The position numbers and the translations under genes were made by a program. From assembly GCA_039028615.1 (NCBI GenBank), contig JBCCHT010000010.1:128001-192000 (forward strand): 64,000 nt of DNA. The letters run 5' to 3'. Of this stretch, positions 39,183-49,928 are shown piece by piece. A model generated the notes under the pieces. That model was not told the DNA's origin. It did not search any database and saw nothing but the letters and a program-made list of their open reading frames with translations. The DNA comes from Myxococcota bacterium (GTDB lineage Bacteria > Myxococcota_A > Polyangia > Nannocystales > Nannocystaceae). Each line of letters starts with the position of its first letter. The first letter of the stretch is position 1.

Positions 39183-40718
39183 ATGCCGGGCGGTCTCCAG
39201 GGGGAAGACGAGGACACTCGGCGCACGGCGTTGCCCGAGATGTTCATGGAACTCGGGACCGACGGGACCATCCACGCCCTGCGCGGACGCCGGATCACGG
39301 ACTTCGGCATCGACCCCGAAGGGGCGGTGGGCCGTCCGGTGAACGAAGTGGTGAGCCCCTCGCAGGCCGACGCCATCCGAGATTGCGTCAAGCGAGCGAT
39401 CCGTAGCGACACCGTGGTGTTCACCGAGCACCTCACCTCGGCCGGAGGCCGCCGCCGCTTCTGGCAGGCCCGCACCATTCCGCTGGGCCCCGACCGCGCG
39501 CTGCGGGTGGTCACCGACATGAGCGAGCAGCTGCGCTGGCACCAGGCGCTCGAGCGCAGCGAGGTTCGATTTCGACAGCTGGTCGAGCAGGCGGTCGACG
39601 GCATCTTCGTGTGTGACGAAGAAGGCACTCTGGTCGACGTCAACCGTCAAGCCTGCGACAGCCTCGGCTATCGACGCGACGAGCTGCTCGGCACCAACTT
39701 CGTCGACTTGTGTCGTGGTCTGGACATCGAACAACTATGGGAGTTGCTCGATGGCCTCAATCCCGGAGAGTCGGAGACCTTGGCAGCCGCACACTTGCGG
39801 CACGATGGCAGTAGTTTCCCGGTCGAGCTGCACTTGGGCCCCTTTTGGGATCACGAGGGTGCACCACGGATCTTGGCCTTGGCCCGCGACGTCACCGATC
39901 GACATCGCTTGGAGGCGGCCGCGCTGGAAGCCGCCGAGCAAGAGGCCCGCCGCATCGGTCGCGACCTGCACGACGGCTTGGGTCAGCACCTGACCGGCAT
40001 GGCGTTTCTGGCCAAGGGCCTCGAGGCGGCGCTCAGCCAGCGAGGGTTGGCCGAAGCGGGCGAGGCCCGAGAGATCGTCAAGCTGGTGAAGGAAGCGGTG
40101 GGGCACTCGCGGGGCTTGGCCCACGGTCTGGCGCCCGTCGGGGTGCACGGCACCGAGCTGGCGCCCGCCCTCGAGAACCTCGCGGGGCGGACCCGAGACG
40201 TCTTCAACATCGATTGCGAGTTCCAAGACGACGGGGTGGTGCGAGTCCCCGATGATGCGACAGCGACCGCTTTTTATCGCATCGCCCAAGAGGCCACGAA
40301 CAACGCCCTCAAGCACGGCAAGGCCTCGCAGATCATCTTGCGACTCGATACCGACGAAGACGATGGCTTGCGCCTCTCGATCACCGACGATGGCCAAGGG
40401 CTGCCCTTGCAGCGACCCACCGAAGGACTCGGCCTGCGGCTCATGAAGCTTCGCGCCGAGACGGTGGGGGCCAAGCTGGCCATCACGAGCGCGGAAGACG
40501 AAGACGAAGACGAACACGAACACGAACCACGCGACGAGGACGAAGACGGGGAGCGGCGCACGGGCACTCGGGTGGAATGCACATTGCCCGTCGGCGCGGT
40601 CGCGCGGGAACGCGCTCCTGGAGAGCGTCGCCCGTCACCGTTGCCGCAGCCGGCGGTCGAGCCGTTGGATCCCGAGCAGCTCAAGGCGCTGGTCGCCGAG
40701 TGGACCAGTCAGAGCTGA
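39183..40718 (+). CDS. Cytoplasmic PAS-PAS sensor histidine kinase (HisKA_3/NarX type)
   Basis: Two PAS domains, [13 protein letters not shown]-box, [19 protein letters not shown]; no TM. Confidence 0.92.
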   Translation: MPGGLQGEDEDTRRTALPEMFMELGTDGTIHALRGRRITDFGIDPEGAVGRPVNEVVSPSQADAIRDCVKRAIRSDTVVFTEHLTSAGGRRRFWQARTIPLGPDRALRVVTDMSEQLRWHQALERSEVRFRQLVEQAVDGIFVCDEEGTLVDVNRQACDSLGYRRDELLGTNFVDLCRGLDIEQLWELLDGLNPGESETLAAAHLRHDGSSFPVELHLGPFWDHEGAPRILALARDVTDRHRLEAAALEAAEQEARRIGRDLHDGLGQHLTGMAFLAKGLEAALSQRGLAEAGEAREIVKLVKEAVGHSRGLAHGLAPVGVHGTELAPALENLAGRTRDVFNIDCEFQDDGVVRVPDDATATAFYRIAQEATNNALKHGKASQIILRLDTDEDDGLRLSITDDGQGLPLQRPTEGLGLRLMKLRAETVGAKLAITSAEDEDEDEHEHEPRDEDEDGERRTGTRVECTLPVGAVARERAPGERRPSPLPQPAVEPLDPEQLKALVAEWTSQS

Positions 40719-40978
40719 AGCGACACAGTGCCAGCGCGGGTGCGCCGGGGGCTCCACTCACCGATTTGGGTCCATGATCCGCCCAAATGGGGGCAGCTCT
40801 CCCAACATTCTTCGGGGCAACTCGCCTCGTTGCGGACGACCGCAACAGCCGAAAAACGCCGCGTGCAGCATGTCACCTGCCAATTATGGGAATTAACGGC
40901 CCACAGTGAACCAATCAGGGCTTCCTTCAGGGCAGCTCGCTGGCAGACTGCTATATTGCGCTCCGAATAAAGGGGTTC

Positions 40979-41674
40979 ATGACAGTCGCAACACCGGAAG
41001 AACAGTCACAAGACGATCGCGTGGGGGTGCTGATCGTCGACGACCATCCGCTGGTTCGCCAGGGGTTGGCCTCATTCATCAATCGCAGTGACGATCTGCG
41101 GGTCATCGGGCAAGCGCCCGATTCCCAGCAGGCGCTCGCGATCATGGCCGAGAACGAGCCGCAAGTCGCGGTGGTCGATCTCTCGCTGGCGGGGGGCAGC
41201 GGGCTCGACCTTCTCAAGGAGATTGGCAAGCGCCATCCCAACGTGATCTCGCTGGTGCTCACCATGCACAACGAGCTCTTCTACGCCGAGCGTGCGCTAC
41301 GGGCGGGGGCCCGCGGCTACGTGATGAAGGGCGAGGAGACCGAAGAGGTGCTCGAGGCCATTCGCCAGATTCTCAAGGGCGAGGTCTACGTCAGCCAGCA
41401 CCTTCACAGCACCTTGGTGCAGCGCGCCGCGGCGCTGGGGCCTACCGGTCCTTCCTCGGCCGTCGAGAGCTTGAGCGATCGAGAGCTGGAGGTCTTCGAG
41501 TTGGTTGGTCGGGGCCAGCCCACTCGCGAGATTGCTCGTCAGCTCACCGTGAGCGTCAAGACCGTCGAGACGCACCGCCACCGCATCAAAGAGAAGCTCG
41601 GTCTGAGCACTGGCACGCAGATGGTCCGCTACGCCATCCGCTGGGTCGAGCGCGAGGCCGGAAGCCCGGCTTGA
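40979..41674 (+). CDS. NarL/FixJ family response regulator (REC + LuxR HTH)
   Basis: LIVDDH, VVDLSL, LTMH, GYVMK, LSDRELEV, SVKTVETH. Confidence 0.95.
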   Translation: MTVATPEEQSQDDRVGVLIVDDHPLVRQGLASFINRSDDLRVIGQAPDSQQALAIMAENEPQVAVVDLSLAGGSGLDLLKEIGKRHPNVISLVLTMHNELFYAERALRAGARGYVMKGEETEEVLEAIRQILKGEVYVSQHLHSTLVQRAAALGPTGPSSAVESLSDRELEVFELVGRGQPTREIARQLTVSVKTVETHRHRIKEKLGLSTGTQMVRYAIRWVEREAGSPA

Positions 41675-41716
41675 TGGCGCCGTCGCGAGCGAGGGCTGCT
41701 ACCCTCGCTCGCAGAC

Positions 41717-42364
41717 GTGCCTCGCCCGCGCTTTGATCGACTCGAACCGGAACGCCGCGAGGCGATCCTCGACGCGGCTGCGGCCGAATTTGGCGAGCAC
41801 GGGTTCTCCCGTGCCTCCTACAACCGAATCATCGATCGCGCTGGTCTCAGCAAGGGCGCGATGTACTACTACTTCGCCGACAAGCGCGACCTGTACCTGA
41901 CGGTCGTACGCGACGCGGTCGGCGGCCTGTGGACGGGCCTGACGCCGATGGAGCCCGTGGCCGGTCCACCGGAGTTTTGGCGCGAGGTCGAGCGCATGGC
42001 GATCGCGGCGTGGGGCTACATGTTGTCCGCGCCGCGGGCGGCTGCGCTCGCGCCCGCGTTTCTCAAGGCGCCCGCGAGCGCCGAAGACTCCGAGGTCTTG
42101 GCCGAGCTCACCGCCCAGGCGGCGCAATGGCTCCGCGGCGTGCTCGAGGTGGGGCGCGGGGCGGGAGCCGTCCGCGACGACATCCCCGACGAGCTGCTGC
42201 TGGCGGTGACGATGGCGGTGGGCGAGGCGGTCGATCGCTGGGTGGGGCAGCAGTGGTTTGCCAGCCGCGAAGCGGGCTCGCCCGACGAGCCGATGACCGC
42301 GCCGTCGTCCGAGCTGGTCGACACGTTGATCGATCTGCTGCGGCGGGTCGTGGCGCCGGCCTGA
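41717..42364 (+). CDS. TetR/AcrR family transcriptional regulator
   Basis: AILDAAAAEF...ASYNRII...GLSKGAMYYYFADKRDLY. Confidence 0.92.
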   Translation: MPRPRFDRLEPERREAILDAAAAEFGEHGFSRASYNRIIDRAGLSKGAMYYYFADKRDLYLTVVRDAVGGLWTGLTPMEPVAGPPEFWREVERMAIAAWGYMLSAPRAAALAPAFLKAPASAEDSEVLAELTAQAAQWLRGVLEVGRGAGAVRDDIPDELLLAVTMAVGEAVDRWVGQQWFASREAGSPDEPMTAPSSELVDTLIDLLRRVVAPA

Positions 42365-42391
42365 GCCCGCGGGCGCAGCGGCGCGCCGCCG

Positions 42392-43249
42392 TCAGCGGCG
42401 TTCGGCCACCATCAAGCGCTCGGCCGAAAATAGCCGCGCCAGCGTGGCGTTGCCCTCGTGCCGTTGCGCCCACTGCCGGTTGTTGGAGTCGGTTTGCACC
42501 GCGAATCCGTGGCGCCCGAGCATTGCCACGAAGTCACTCGTGGCGATCGCTCCGTGCAGTGGTTCGCCCAACACCGAGAACCCAGCCTCGGTAATCGCGT
42601 CGACGGTTCGTCCGCCGCCCTCGACCAGCTGGGGAATCGCGTAGCTGACGATCAAGCGACTCCCGGGAGCGGAACGTCGAGCCACGTCGGCCAGCGAGGC
42701 TTCGATCGCTTCATGATGAAGGTAGGGCGTCACTCCTTCCCAGATCCACACCGTGGGCTGGTCGGCGTCGTGTCCCGCTTCGGCGAGTTTGTCGGCGACC
42801 GAGTCGCGCTCGAAGTCGACGGCCACGAAGTGAACCGCGGAGGCGAGCCGGTCGCGGGCAGAGGCACGCTGGCGCTTGCCCGCCTGAGTCGCGGGATGAT
42901 CGACCTCGAACACGGTGACCTCGCGCAATGACTCCAGGCGCCACGCCCGACCGTCGAGGCCCGCGCCGAGCACCACCAGCTGCCCGATGCCGTCGGCGAT
43001 CGCCTCGTGCAGCGCGGCATCGATCTCGGCTCGTCGCAGGCTGACGTGATCGACCAGACCGAAGGTCGCCACCCGCAGCGCGGTGCGGACTCCGGTCGGG
43101 GCCTTGCCGTGGCCGACCCAGCGCAGCGCGGGCCCGATCGGGTTGGGCACCAGGTCGGCGGCGCTGTCGTCGATCTCGCCGGGGGCGGTTCCGATGCCGC
43201 GGGCGACGGCCACGGCAAGGGCGGTGAGGCTGGGCCAACCGTCTCGCAT
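42392..43249 (-). CDS. LCM-family SAM-dependent methyltransferase
   Basis: [32 protein letters not shown]. Confidence 0.9.
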   Translation of the reverse strand: MRDGWPSLTALAVAVARGIGTAPGEIDDSAADLVPNPIGPALRWVGHGKAPTGVRTALRVATFGLVDHVSLRRAEIDAALHEAIADGIGQLVVLGAGLDGRAWRLESLREVTVFEVDHPATQAGKRQRASARDRLASAVHFVAVDFERDSVADKLAEAGHDADQPTVWIWEGVTPYLHHEAIEASLADVARRSAPGSRLIVSYAIPQLVEGGGRTVDAITEAGFSVLGEPLHGAIATSDFVAMLGRHGFAVQTDSNNRQWAQRHEGNATLARLFSAERLMVAERR

Positions 43250-43300
43250 GGGCTCCAGGGTACCAATCGGCGCCCAGAAAAAAACTCGAGGGGTCCGGCG

Positions 43301-43328
43301 TTGACACGCCCGGGGCCCGCCTTAGGTT
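43301..43328 (+). promoter_or_regulatory. Putative sigma70-type promoter of dnaK
   Basis: TTGACA-N16-TAGGTT with an A-tract about 20 nt upstream; no CIRCE element seen. Confidence 0.5.
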
Positions 43329-43416
43329 GGCCCTCGTACCGGAACCCAGGGCCCCCCAGACATCATGCGGGAGGGCGGGGGGCTGGTCCCACAACCACCA
43401 GAAGGAAGGCCGTACG

Positions 43417-45321
43417 ATGGCGAAGATCATCGGTATCGACCTGGGCACGACCAACTCCGTCGTCAGTGTGATGGAGAGCGGGGACCCCAAGGTCATCACA
43501 AATGAAGAAGGCGGGCGCACCACGCCCTCGGTCGTTGCGTTCGAGCCCAGCGGCAACGTGCTGGTGGGGCAGCAGGCCCGTCGCCAGGCGATCACCAACC
43601 CCGAGAACACGGTGTTCTCCGCCAAGCGCTTCATCGGGCGCCGCCACGACGAAATCGGCAACGACGCCAAGCGCGTGCCCTATGCCATCGAGCGCAGCAG
43701 CTCGGGCGGGGTGGCGTTCTCCATCCAAGGCAAGGCGCTGGCGCCGGCCGAGATCAGCGCCCGCGTTCTCTCCAAGCTCAAGAAGGCCGCCGAAGACTAT
43801 CTCGGCGAGTCTGTCGAGGCCGCGGTCATCACCGTGCCCGCCTATTTCAACGACGCGCAGCGACAAGCCACCAAGGATGCGGGGCGTATCGCCGGACTGC
43901 GGGTCGACCGTATCGTCAACGAACCGACCGCCGCCGCGCTGGCCTACGCCAGCTCCCGGCCCAAGGGCGAGCAAGAGCGCCTCGTCGCCGTGTATGACCT
44001 CGGCGGCGGCACCTTCGACGTCAGCGTGCTCGAAGTCAGCGGCGACGTGGTCGAGGTGGTCGCGACCGGTGGCGACACCCACCTGGGCGGCGACGACTTC
44101 GACGACCGCGTCATCACGTGGCTCCTGGAGAGCTTCCGCAAAGAACACGGCATGGATCTGTCGGGCGACAAGCTGGTGCTCCAGCGGCTCAAGGACGCGG
44201 CCGAGAAGGCCAAGATCGAGCTTTCGCAGCAGCCCGAGACAGAGGTCAACCTGCCCTTCCTCACCGCCGACGCCACCGGCCCCAAGCACATGCAGGTCAA
44301 GCTGACGCGGGCGAAGTTCGAGGCGCTCATCGCCGACTTGGTCGAGCGCAGCATCGAGCCCTGCCGCAAGGTCCTGGCCGACGCGGGCAAGTCCACCGCC
44401 GACATCGACGACGTATTGCTCGTCGGTGGCTCTACCCGGGTGCCGCTGGTCCAGCAGAAGGTCGAGGCCTTCTTCGGCAAGGCGCCCAGCAAGTCGGTCA
44501 ACCCCGACGAGGTGGTCGCGCTCGGGGCAGCGGTGCAGGGTGGTGTGCTCAGCGGTGACGTGACCGACCTGCTCTTGGTCGACGTGACCCCGCTGTCGCT
44601 CGGCATCGAGACCCTCGGTGGCCTGATGACGGTGCTCATCCCCCGCAACACCACCATCCCCACGCGCAAGTCCGAGGTCTTCACCACGGCGGCCGACAAC
44701 CAGGCCTCCGTGCAGGTGCACGTGCTCCAGGGCGAGCGCAAGATGGCCGGGGACAACCGTACCCTGGCCACCTTCGGGCTCGAGGGCATCATGGCCGCCC
44801 CCCGCGGCACCCCGCAGATCGAGGTCATCTTCGACATCGACGCCAACGGCATCGTGCACGTGTCCGCCAAGGACAAAGCCACGGGCAAGGAGCAGCGGGT
44901 CGAGATCACGGCCGGGTCCGGCCTGTCCGAGTCCGAGATCGAGCGCATGGTCGACGACGCGAAGCAGCACGAAGCCGAGGACGAGAAGCGTCGGCAGGCG
45001 GTCGAGGCTCGCAACGGGCTGGAAGCGCTGGTCCTGCAGACCGAGGCCACGCTGGGCGGCGATGTGAACCTGCCCGGTGAGCTCGAAGCCGAAATCCGTG
45101 CCGCCGTCGACGATGCCAAGCAAGCGCTGGAGTCCGAGGACGCCGGTCGCATCGAGGCCGCGAAAGAGTCGCTGACGGCCGCGTCCCACAAGGCGGCACA
45201 AGCGATGTACGGCCAACCCGGTCAAGGGCAGCCTGGTCCCAGCCAGCCCGACGCCGCCAACCAAGACCCCAACGACGACGAGGAGATCATCGACGCCGAG
45301 TACGAAGAGAAAGCGAGCTGA
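43417..45321 (+). CDS. dnaK: Molecular chaperone DnaK (Hsp70)
   Basis: [35 protein letters not shown]-terminal IDAEYEE; RBS GAAGGAAGG. Confidence 0.97.
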   Translation: MAKIIGIDLGTTNSVVSVMESGDPKVITNEEGGRTTPSVVAFEPSGNVLVGQQARRQAITNPENTVFSAKRFIGRRHDEIGNDAKRVPYAIERSSSGGVAFSIQGKALAPAEISARVLSKLKKAAEDYLGESVEAAVITVPAYFNDAQRQATKDAGRIAGLRVDRIVNEPTAAALAYASSRPKGEQERLVAVYDLGGGTFDVSVLEVSGDVVEVVATGGDTHLGGDDFDDRVITWLLESFRKEHGMDLSGDKLVLQRLKDAAEKAKIELSQQPETEVNLPFLTADATGPKHMQVKLTRAKFEALIADLVERSIEPCRKVLADAGKSTADIDDVLLVGGSTRVPLVQQKVEAFFGKAPSKSVNPDEVVALGAAVQGGVLSGDVTDLLLVDVTPLSLGIETLGGLMTVLIPRNTTIPTRKSEVFTTAADNQASVQVHVLQGERKMAGDNRTLATFGLEGIMAAPRGTPQIEVIFDIDANGIVHVSAKDKATGKEQRVEITAGSGLSESEIERMVDDAKQHEAEDEKRRQAVEARNGLEALVLQTEATLGGDVNLPGELEAEIRAAVDDAKQALESEDAGRIEAAKESLTAASHKAAQAMYGQPGQGQPGPSQPDAANQDPNDDEEIIDAEYEEKAS

Positions 45322-45374
45322 GTGAGCCGTCGCGGGGCCTTCGTCCCATCCTTCCCCCGGGCCCCGTGATGGCA

Positions 45375-45432
45375 GAGGCGCTCGACCTGGTCCTTGTCCG
45401 AACCAGGTCGCGCGCCTCCTTTTTTTTGTTTT
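45375..45432 (+). terminator. Rho-independent terminator after dnaK
   Basis: 17-bp stem with one mismatch (45375-45391/45402-45418) followed by a long T tract. Confidence 0.85.
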
Positions 45433-45552
45433 GCGGTCTTCCCGCGGCTGCCTGAAACGGGTGCTGGGAAGCGGTTGGGTCCCGAATTGCGGCCTCGCTG
45501 AGCGATGATGGGGCCGGTGTCGCCCTCGCCCCGAGAAATCTCGAAAAAGTCG

Positions 45553-45581
45553 GGAACCGTCGCGGGTCCATCCGGTGTGTC
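45553..45581 (+). promoter_or_regulatory. Possible ECF autoregulatory promoter
   Basis: A-tract then GGAACC-N16-GTGTGTC just upstream of the ECF gene; -10 element ambiguous. Confidence 0.3.
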
Positions 45582-45596
45582 CGGGGCGTGGGAGCG

Positions 45597-46223
45597 ATGA
45601 CCGGCGCGGTGCGCATGCAGGGATTGGTCTCGAGCCGATCCCCGGCCGAGCTTCCGCGAGAGGTCATCGAGCGGGCGGCGGCCCGAGATCCGGCCGCGTG
45701 CCGGGCGTTGATCCGTCGCTACCAACGACCGGTGGGGCGGCTTTTGTGGCGCCTGCTCGCGCCGTCGGGGCTCGAGCATCTCACCGAAGACTTGGCCCAG
45801 GAGACCATGGTGCGGGTCTTCGGGGCCCTGCCTCGCTTCGACATCGACGGCCCCGCCACCGTGTCGACGTGGATCTTGAAGATCGCCACGCGGCTGGGGA
45901 TCAACGAGCTGCAGCGGCGGCGTCCGAAGGTCGAGCCGTTGAGCGCCAAGGCGGAGCGGCTCTCGGGAGGGCCCACCGCCGACCACGAGGTGCGGCGCAA
46001 GGCGATCGCGGCTGCGATCAACGACGCGGTGGCCGAGCTGCCGCCCGACTTCCGGGCGGCGTTCTTGCTCCGCGAGTATCACGACCTCGACTACGCCGAG
46101 ATTGCGCAGGTCCTGGAGCTCTCGCCGGGCACGGTGAAGTCGCGGCTGTCGCGAGCCCGGGCTTCGCTGCGAACGTCGCTGGCTCAGCTTCATGCCCAAC
46201 ACCAGGAGTCCGACCATGGATGA
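45597..46223 (+). CDS. ECF sigma factor (start uncertain: 45588, 45597 or 45615)
   Basis: EDLAQET, STWILKIA, YAEIA, GTVKSRLSRAR. Confidence 0.92.
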   Translation: MTGAVRMQGLVSSRSPAELPREVIERAAARDPAACRALIRRYQRPVGRLLWRLLAPSGLEHLTEDLAQETMVRVFGALPRFDIDGPATVSTWILKIATRLGINELQRRRPKVEPLSAKAERLSGGPTADHEVRRKAIAAAINDAVAELPPDFRAAFLLREYHDLDYAEIAQVLELSPGTVKSRLSRARASLRTSLAQLHAQHQESDHG

Positions 46224-47403
46224 GCTCGAACCGCGTGATCTCGCCGCCTGGGAGGCGCCGGAGCTGCCCGCCGATTTCGAGGACCGGGTGATGGCACGGC
46301 TGAGCGAAGAGCCGCTGGTCCATGCTGCACCGATGGAGGCGCCGACGCCTGCGTCGTCGAGTCGAGGCTGGGTCGTCGCGGGGGTGGTCACGGCTCTGGC
46401 GGCGGCGTTGCTGCTGATCGTCGGCATGCCCACCCCCGAGGCCACCACCCCCGAGCCCTCGCCGAGACGGGTCGCCGAGGCTCGCACGACGACCATCGTC
46501 GAGCTCGGGCCCGGCGTGCGGGCGGTGGCCCAGCCTGGCGCCACGATCTCTTGGGAGACGAAACCCGAGGGCATCGCGGTGCAACAAGTGGAGGGGCAGG
46601 TCGACTACGAAGTCCAGCCCGGCACCCCCATGCGGGTGCAGACCAAGGCCGGATCCGTCGAGGTCACCGGTACTCGTTTCACCGTGGAGGTTCATGCCAT
46701 GTCCGAAGTCTTCAGTCCCCGAATGCGTACTCTCATCCCCGCCGGCCTCGGCGCGGCGGCGGCCGTCGTCGCGGTGGTCGCCGTGCAGCAAGGCAGCGTC
46801 GAGGCCCGCAACGAGCACGGGGCGGCGCGGATCGAGGCCGGTTCCCACGCCACCATGACCGATCGCACCGCGCCGAAGACCGAGTCGGCGCCCGCCGAGG
46901 CGGTGCCCGTGGCTCAGGCGCCCGTACGCACGCCCAAGGCGTCGGCGCAGGATCGTCGCAAGCACCAGGCGACCCGGGCGAAGATCAAAGCGGCGCTACA
47001 GAAACGGGCCGAGGAAAAAGCCAAGGCCGCGCTCCCGCCCGAAGAGCCTGCGGCCGGTGCCAACGGCGAGGAAACCGAGGATCCGTTCAAGGGCCATCTC
47101 GACAAGGACTACATCCGCGAGGCCGTCCGCGAAGACCTCATCCCCCTGGCGATCGAGTGCTACGACGATGTGCTGCAGGTCGATCCGAAGTTCGGTGGCC
47201 GCCTCGTGCTGGAGTTCGACATCCTCGGTGACGAGGACGTGGGGGGCATCGTCGACGACGTGCAGCCGGGCGAGGGCACGGACCCCATGCCGCCCGATTT
47301 CGTCGAGTGCATGAGCGAGTCGATGATGACGGTGACGATGCCTCCCCCCGAGGGCGGCGGCATCGTGCACGTGACCTATCCGCTGCTCTTCGAGCCGGAG
47401 TAG
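46216..47403 (+). CDS. Anti-sigma factor: TM - FecR-like domain - AgmX/PglI C-terminal-like domain
   Basis: Overlaps the sigma stop, AGGAG RBS; PADFEDRV, TM, VEVTGTRF, VQQGSV; C-terminal ECY...GRLVLEF...VTYPLLF. Confidence 0.82.
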   Translation: MDELEPRDLAAWEAPELPADFEDRVMARLSEEPLVHAAPMEAPTPASSSRGWVVAGVVTALAAALLLIVGMPTPEATTPEPSPRRVAEARTTTIVELGPGVRAVAQPGATISWETKPEGIAVQQVEGQVDYEVQPGTPMRVQTKAGSVEVTGTRFTVEVHAMSEVFSPRMRTLIPAGLGAAAAVVAVVAVQQGSVEARNEHGAARIEAGSHATMTDRTAPKTESAPAEAVPVAQAPVRTPKASAQDRRKHQATRAKIKAALQKRAEEKAKAALPPEEPAAGANGEETEDPFKGHLDKDYIREAVREDLIPLAIECYDDVLQVDPKFGGRLVLEFDILGDEDVGGIVDDVQPGEGTDPMPPDFVECMSESMMTVTMPPPEGGGIVHVTYPLLFEPE

Positions 47404-49778
47404 GTGTCTCGCCCCGCGTGCCAGATCGCGTTGGCGCGCTGGCGAACCCGCTGGGCGATGGCGTCGAAGCGGGGCGTGCCCTGCATGGGGCGGAGCACGG
47501 GGCAGTACTCGAGCCAGTCGGCGTCGAGCAGCACGGACTCGTGGTCGGCTTGCTCGAGCATGACGAGGGCCTCGTCGATGGCACCCCGCCAGGCGAGCAG
47601 CTCCACCCCGATCTGCCGCCAGACCGCCCTTAGGCGGGGGCTGCCGGCATTTTCCGCCGACGTGGTCATCAGCTCCGTGGTCTCGGCATGGGGTCGCTCG
47701 AGGTCGAGCGCGCCCACCATGGCCGTGTAGAGTTCGGAGATGTTGCCCCCGCCGAGCGAGGTGTCGGCGAACTGCACCGCGCGGGCGCGTGCGGGATCGT
47801 CGGTCCACAACGACAGCCGGAATTCGAAGATGTCGGCGCCCAAGCGCGGGACGTTGGGGGTCTTGCGGATGCGGGCGAGGGTCGCTTCGTAGCCCTCTTT
47901 GTCTCCCATCAGCGCGTACTGGCGGAGTACGGCGAACACGCCCAGGTTGAGCGAAGGGTCGAGCTCGTGGGCCAGCACGATGTGCTGGATGCCCTCGCGG
48001 GAGCGGCCGGCTTCGCACTGCAGCATGCCGAGATACTCGTGGGCGGCGGCGTAGGTCGGGGCGATCTCGAGGGCCTTGGTCAGCTCGCGGGCGGCGACGA
48101 TGAAGTCACCACGCCCGACGTGCAGTCGCGCCGCGGCCAGGTGGGACTCGGCCAGATCGGGCGCCCGCTCGAGAGCGTCGGCGATCGCGTCCTGGGCTCG
48201 CTGCGCCCAGTGCTCGCCTTCGGGCCGTCGGGAGATGAACCAGCGGCGTACGGTGGCGTCGGCGAGGGCGGCCATGGGCAGGCCGAAGTCGGGGGCGAGA
48301 GCCCGGGCTCGCTCGAACTGCTCGCACGCCGCTTCGAGGTTCTTGCCCGTGGTGTCGGACTCGCGGGCGAGCGCGCGGCCCCGCAGGTAGGCCTCGGTGG
48401 CGTCGGCCGAAGCCACCGCCACGTGCCCCTGGAGGGTGAGCTGCACGCGTAGAGCCTCGGCCACCCGCTTGGCCATGCGGTCTTGGATCTCGAACACGTC
48501 CTCGAGGCGGCCCTCGAAGCGCTCGCTCCAGCGCTGAAACCCGGTGCCCACGTCGACCAGGCGGGCCACGATGCGCACGCGGTTGGGGCTGCGTTGCACC
48601 GTGCCGTCGATGACCGCATCGACGCCGAGGGCCCGGCCCACCGTGCGAGCGTCGCGTTGGTCCTTGAACTGGGCCGTGGCCCCGCTGGCGGAGACCCGCA
48701 GGCCCCGGGTCATGGCGAGCAGGTCGATGAGTTCGTCGCTCAGGGCTTCGGCGAGATAGGCCTCGTCGCTCGGGCCCCGGTACTGGAAAGGCATCACCGC
48801 CAGCGCTCGCTGACCGGGCGAGGTGGAGATGAACGACGAGCTCTCGGCGGTGAGGCTCGCTCCGTCGGGCGGCAGGGTGGTGGAGCCGACGTCGCTGAGG
48901 CTGTGCAGCGACTGAGCGAGGGCGGCCGGGTTGCGAGGGCGTCGCTCGGGGTCTCGCGCCATGCATCGCAGCACGAGCTCGGCGAGGTTGTCGGGCACGT
49001 CCGCGAGCTCGCGAGGGTCGGGGGGCGGCCGGTGCAGCCGCGCCATGGCGACCTCGATGTGGTTGCCGCCCTTCCACGGGGTGTCGCCGGTCAGCATGCG
49101 GAAGAGCATCACGCCCAGCGCATAGAGGTCGGCCCGCGCATCGAAGGCCACGCCCATCACCTGCTCGGGCGCCATATAGGCCGGTGTGCCGGCCATCGAC
49201 CGTCGCCCCTGCGGCCCTTCGTCGTCCGAGTCCCGGGCCGACCACGCCACGCCGAAGTCGGTGATCACCGCTCGGCCGCCCTCGTCGACCAACACGTTGG
49301 CCGGCTTGAGATCGCGGTGGATGACGTCCACGTCGTGGGCCGCCTGCAGGCCCAGGCAGATCTGGCGACCAATGGCGACGACCTCCGAGACGGGGAGCCG
49401 CGGCCGCTGGTCGAGCTTGGTCTGCAGGCTCTCGCCGAGCACGAGCTCCATGGAGATGAAGTGCGCACCCGCGTACTCGCCCAGGTCGAAGGTCCGAGCC
49501 GCGTTGCGATGCGTCACCCGCCGGGCCAGCCGGACCTCGCGTCGAAACCGTTCGAGAGCGCGTTCACTCGGCGTCGCCAGCAGCTTGAGCGCGACCATCT
49601 CGTCGACGACGCGATCGTGCGCCGCGTATACGGTGGCCATGGACCCCCGGCCGATGCGCCGATCGATGCGATAGCGATCCGCGAACAGCTCGCCGAGCGA
49701 GGGCTCCGGTTCGGCCTCGATCGACTCGCTCGTGAGGGTTTCAATCTCGTGGGGTTGGCCCGCCACTGACCGCTTCAT
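47376..49778 (-). CDS. Ser/Thr kinase - TolB-N-like - TPR protein
   Basis: GRGSMA, VALK, HRDLKPAN, DFG, GTPAYMAPE; LAVMPF...ELIDLLA, WSERFE; TPR helices. Confidence 0.92.
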   Translation of the reverse strand: MKRSVAGQPHEIETLTSESIEAEPEPSLGELFADRYRIDRRIGRGSMATVYAAHDRVVDEMVALKLLATPSERALERFRREVRLARRVTHRNAARTFDLGEYAGAHFISMELVLGESLQTKLDQRPRLPVSEVVAIGRQICLGLQAAHDVDVIHRDLKPANVLVDEGGRAVITDFGVAWSARDSDDEGPQGRRSMAGTPAYMAPEQVMGVAFDARADLYALGVMLFRMLTGDTPWKGGNHIEVAMARLHRPPPDPRELADVPDNLAELVLRCMARDPERRPRNPAALAQSLHSLSDVGSTTLPPDGASLTAESSSFISTSPGQRALAVMPFQYRGPSDEAYLAEALSDELIDLLAMTRGLRVSASGATAQFKDQRDARTVGRALGVDAVIDGTVQRSPNRVRIVARLVDVGTGFQRWSERFEGRLEDVFEIQDRMAKRVAEALRVQLTLQGHVAVASADATEAYLRGRALARESDTTGKNLEAACEQFERARALAPDFGLPMAALADATVRRWFISRRPEGEHWAQRAQDAIADALERAPDLAESHLAAARLHVGRGDFIVAARELTKALEIAPTYAAAHEYLGMLQCEAGRSREGIQHIVLAHELDPSLNLGVFAVLRQYALMGDKEGYEATLARIRKTPNVPRLGADIFEFRLSLWTDDPARARAVQFADTSLGGGNISELYTAMVGALDLERPHAETTELMTTSAENAGSPRLRAVWRQIGVELLAWRGAIDEALVMLEQADHESVLLDADWLEYCPVLRPMQGTPRFDAIAQRVRQRANAIWHAGRDTYSGSKSSG

Positions 49779-49928
49779 CTTACGTGCTTCCGTGACGGGT
49801 CGCTGTGACCGGACTGACCTGCGATTGCGGCCCTGCGGCCCATCGAACGCACCGGTCCCTCGGTGACCCGGGCTGGCCTGTAAGGGAACGGCTTTTTGGG
49901 GGCCCTGCGGTCGCGGAACGGCGGTCGC

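Noticed and set aside
43363..45264. 633-aa ORF antisense to dnaK
   Set aside because: Well-known shadow frame of high-GC hsp70 genes; no independent coding signal
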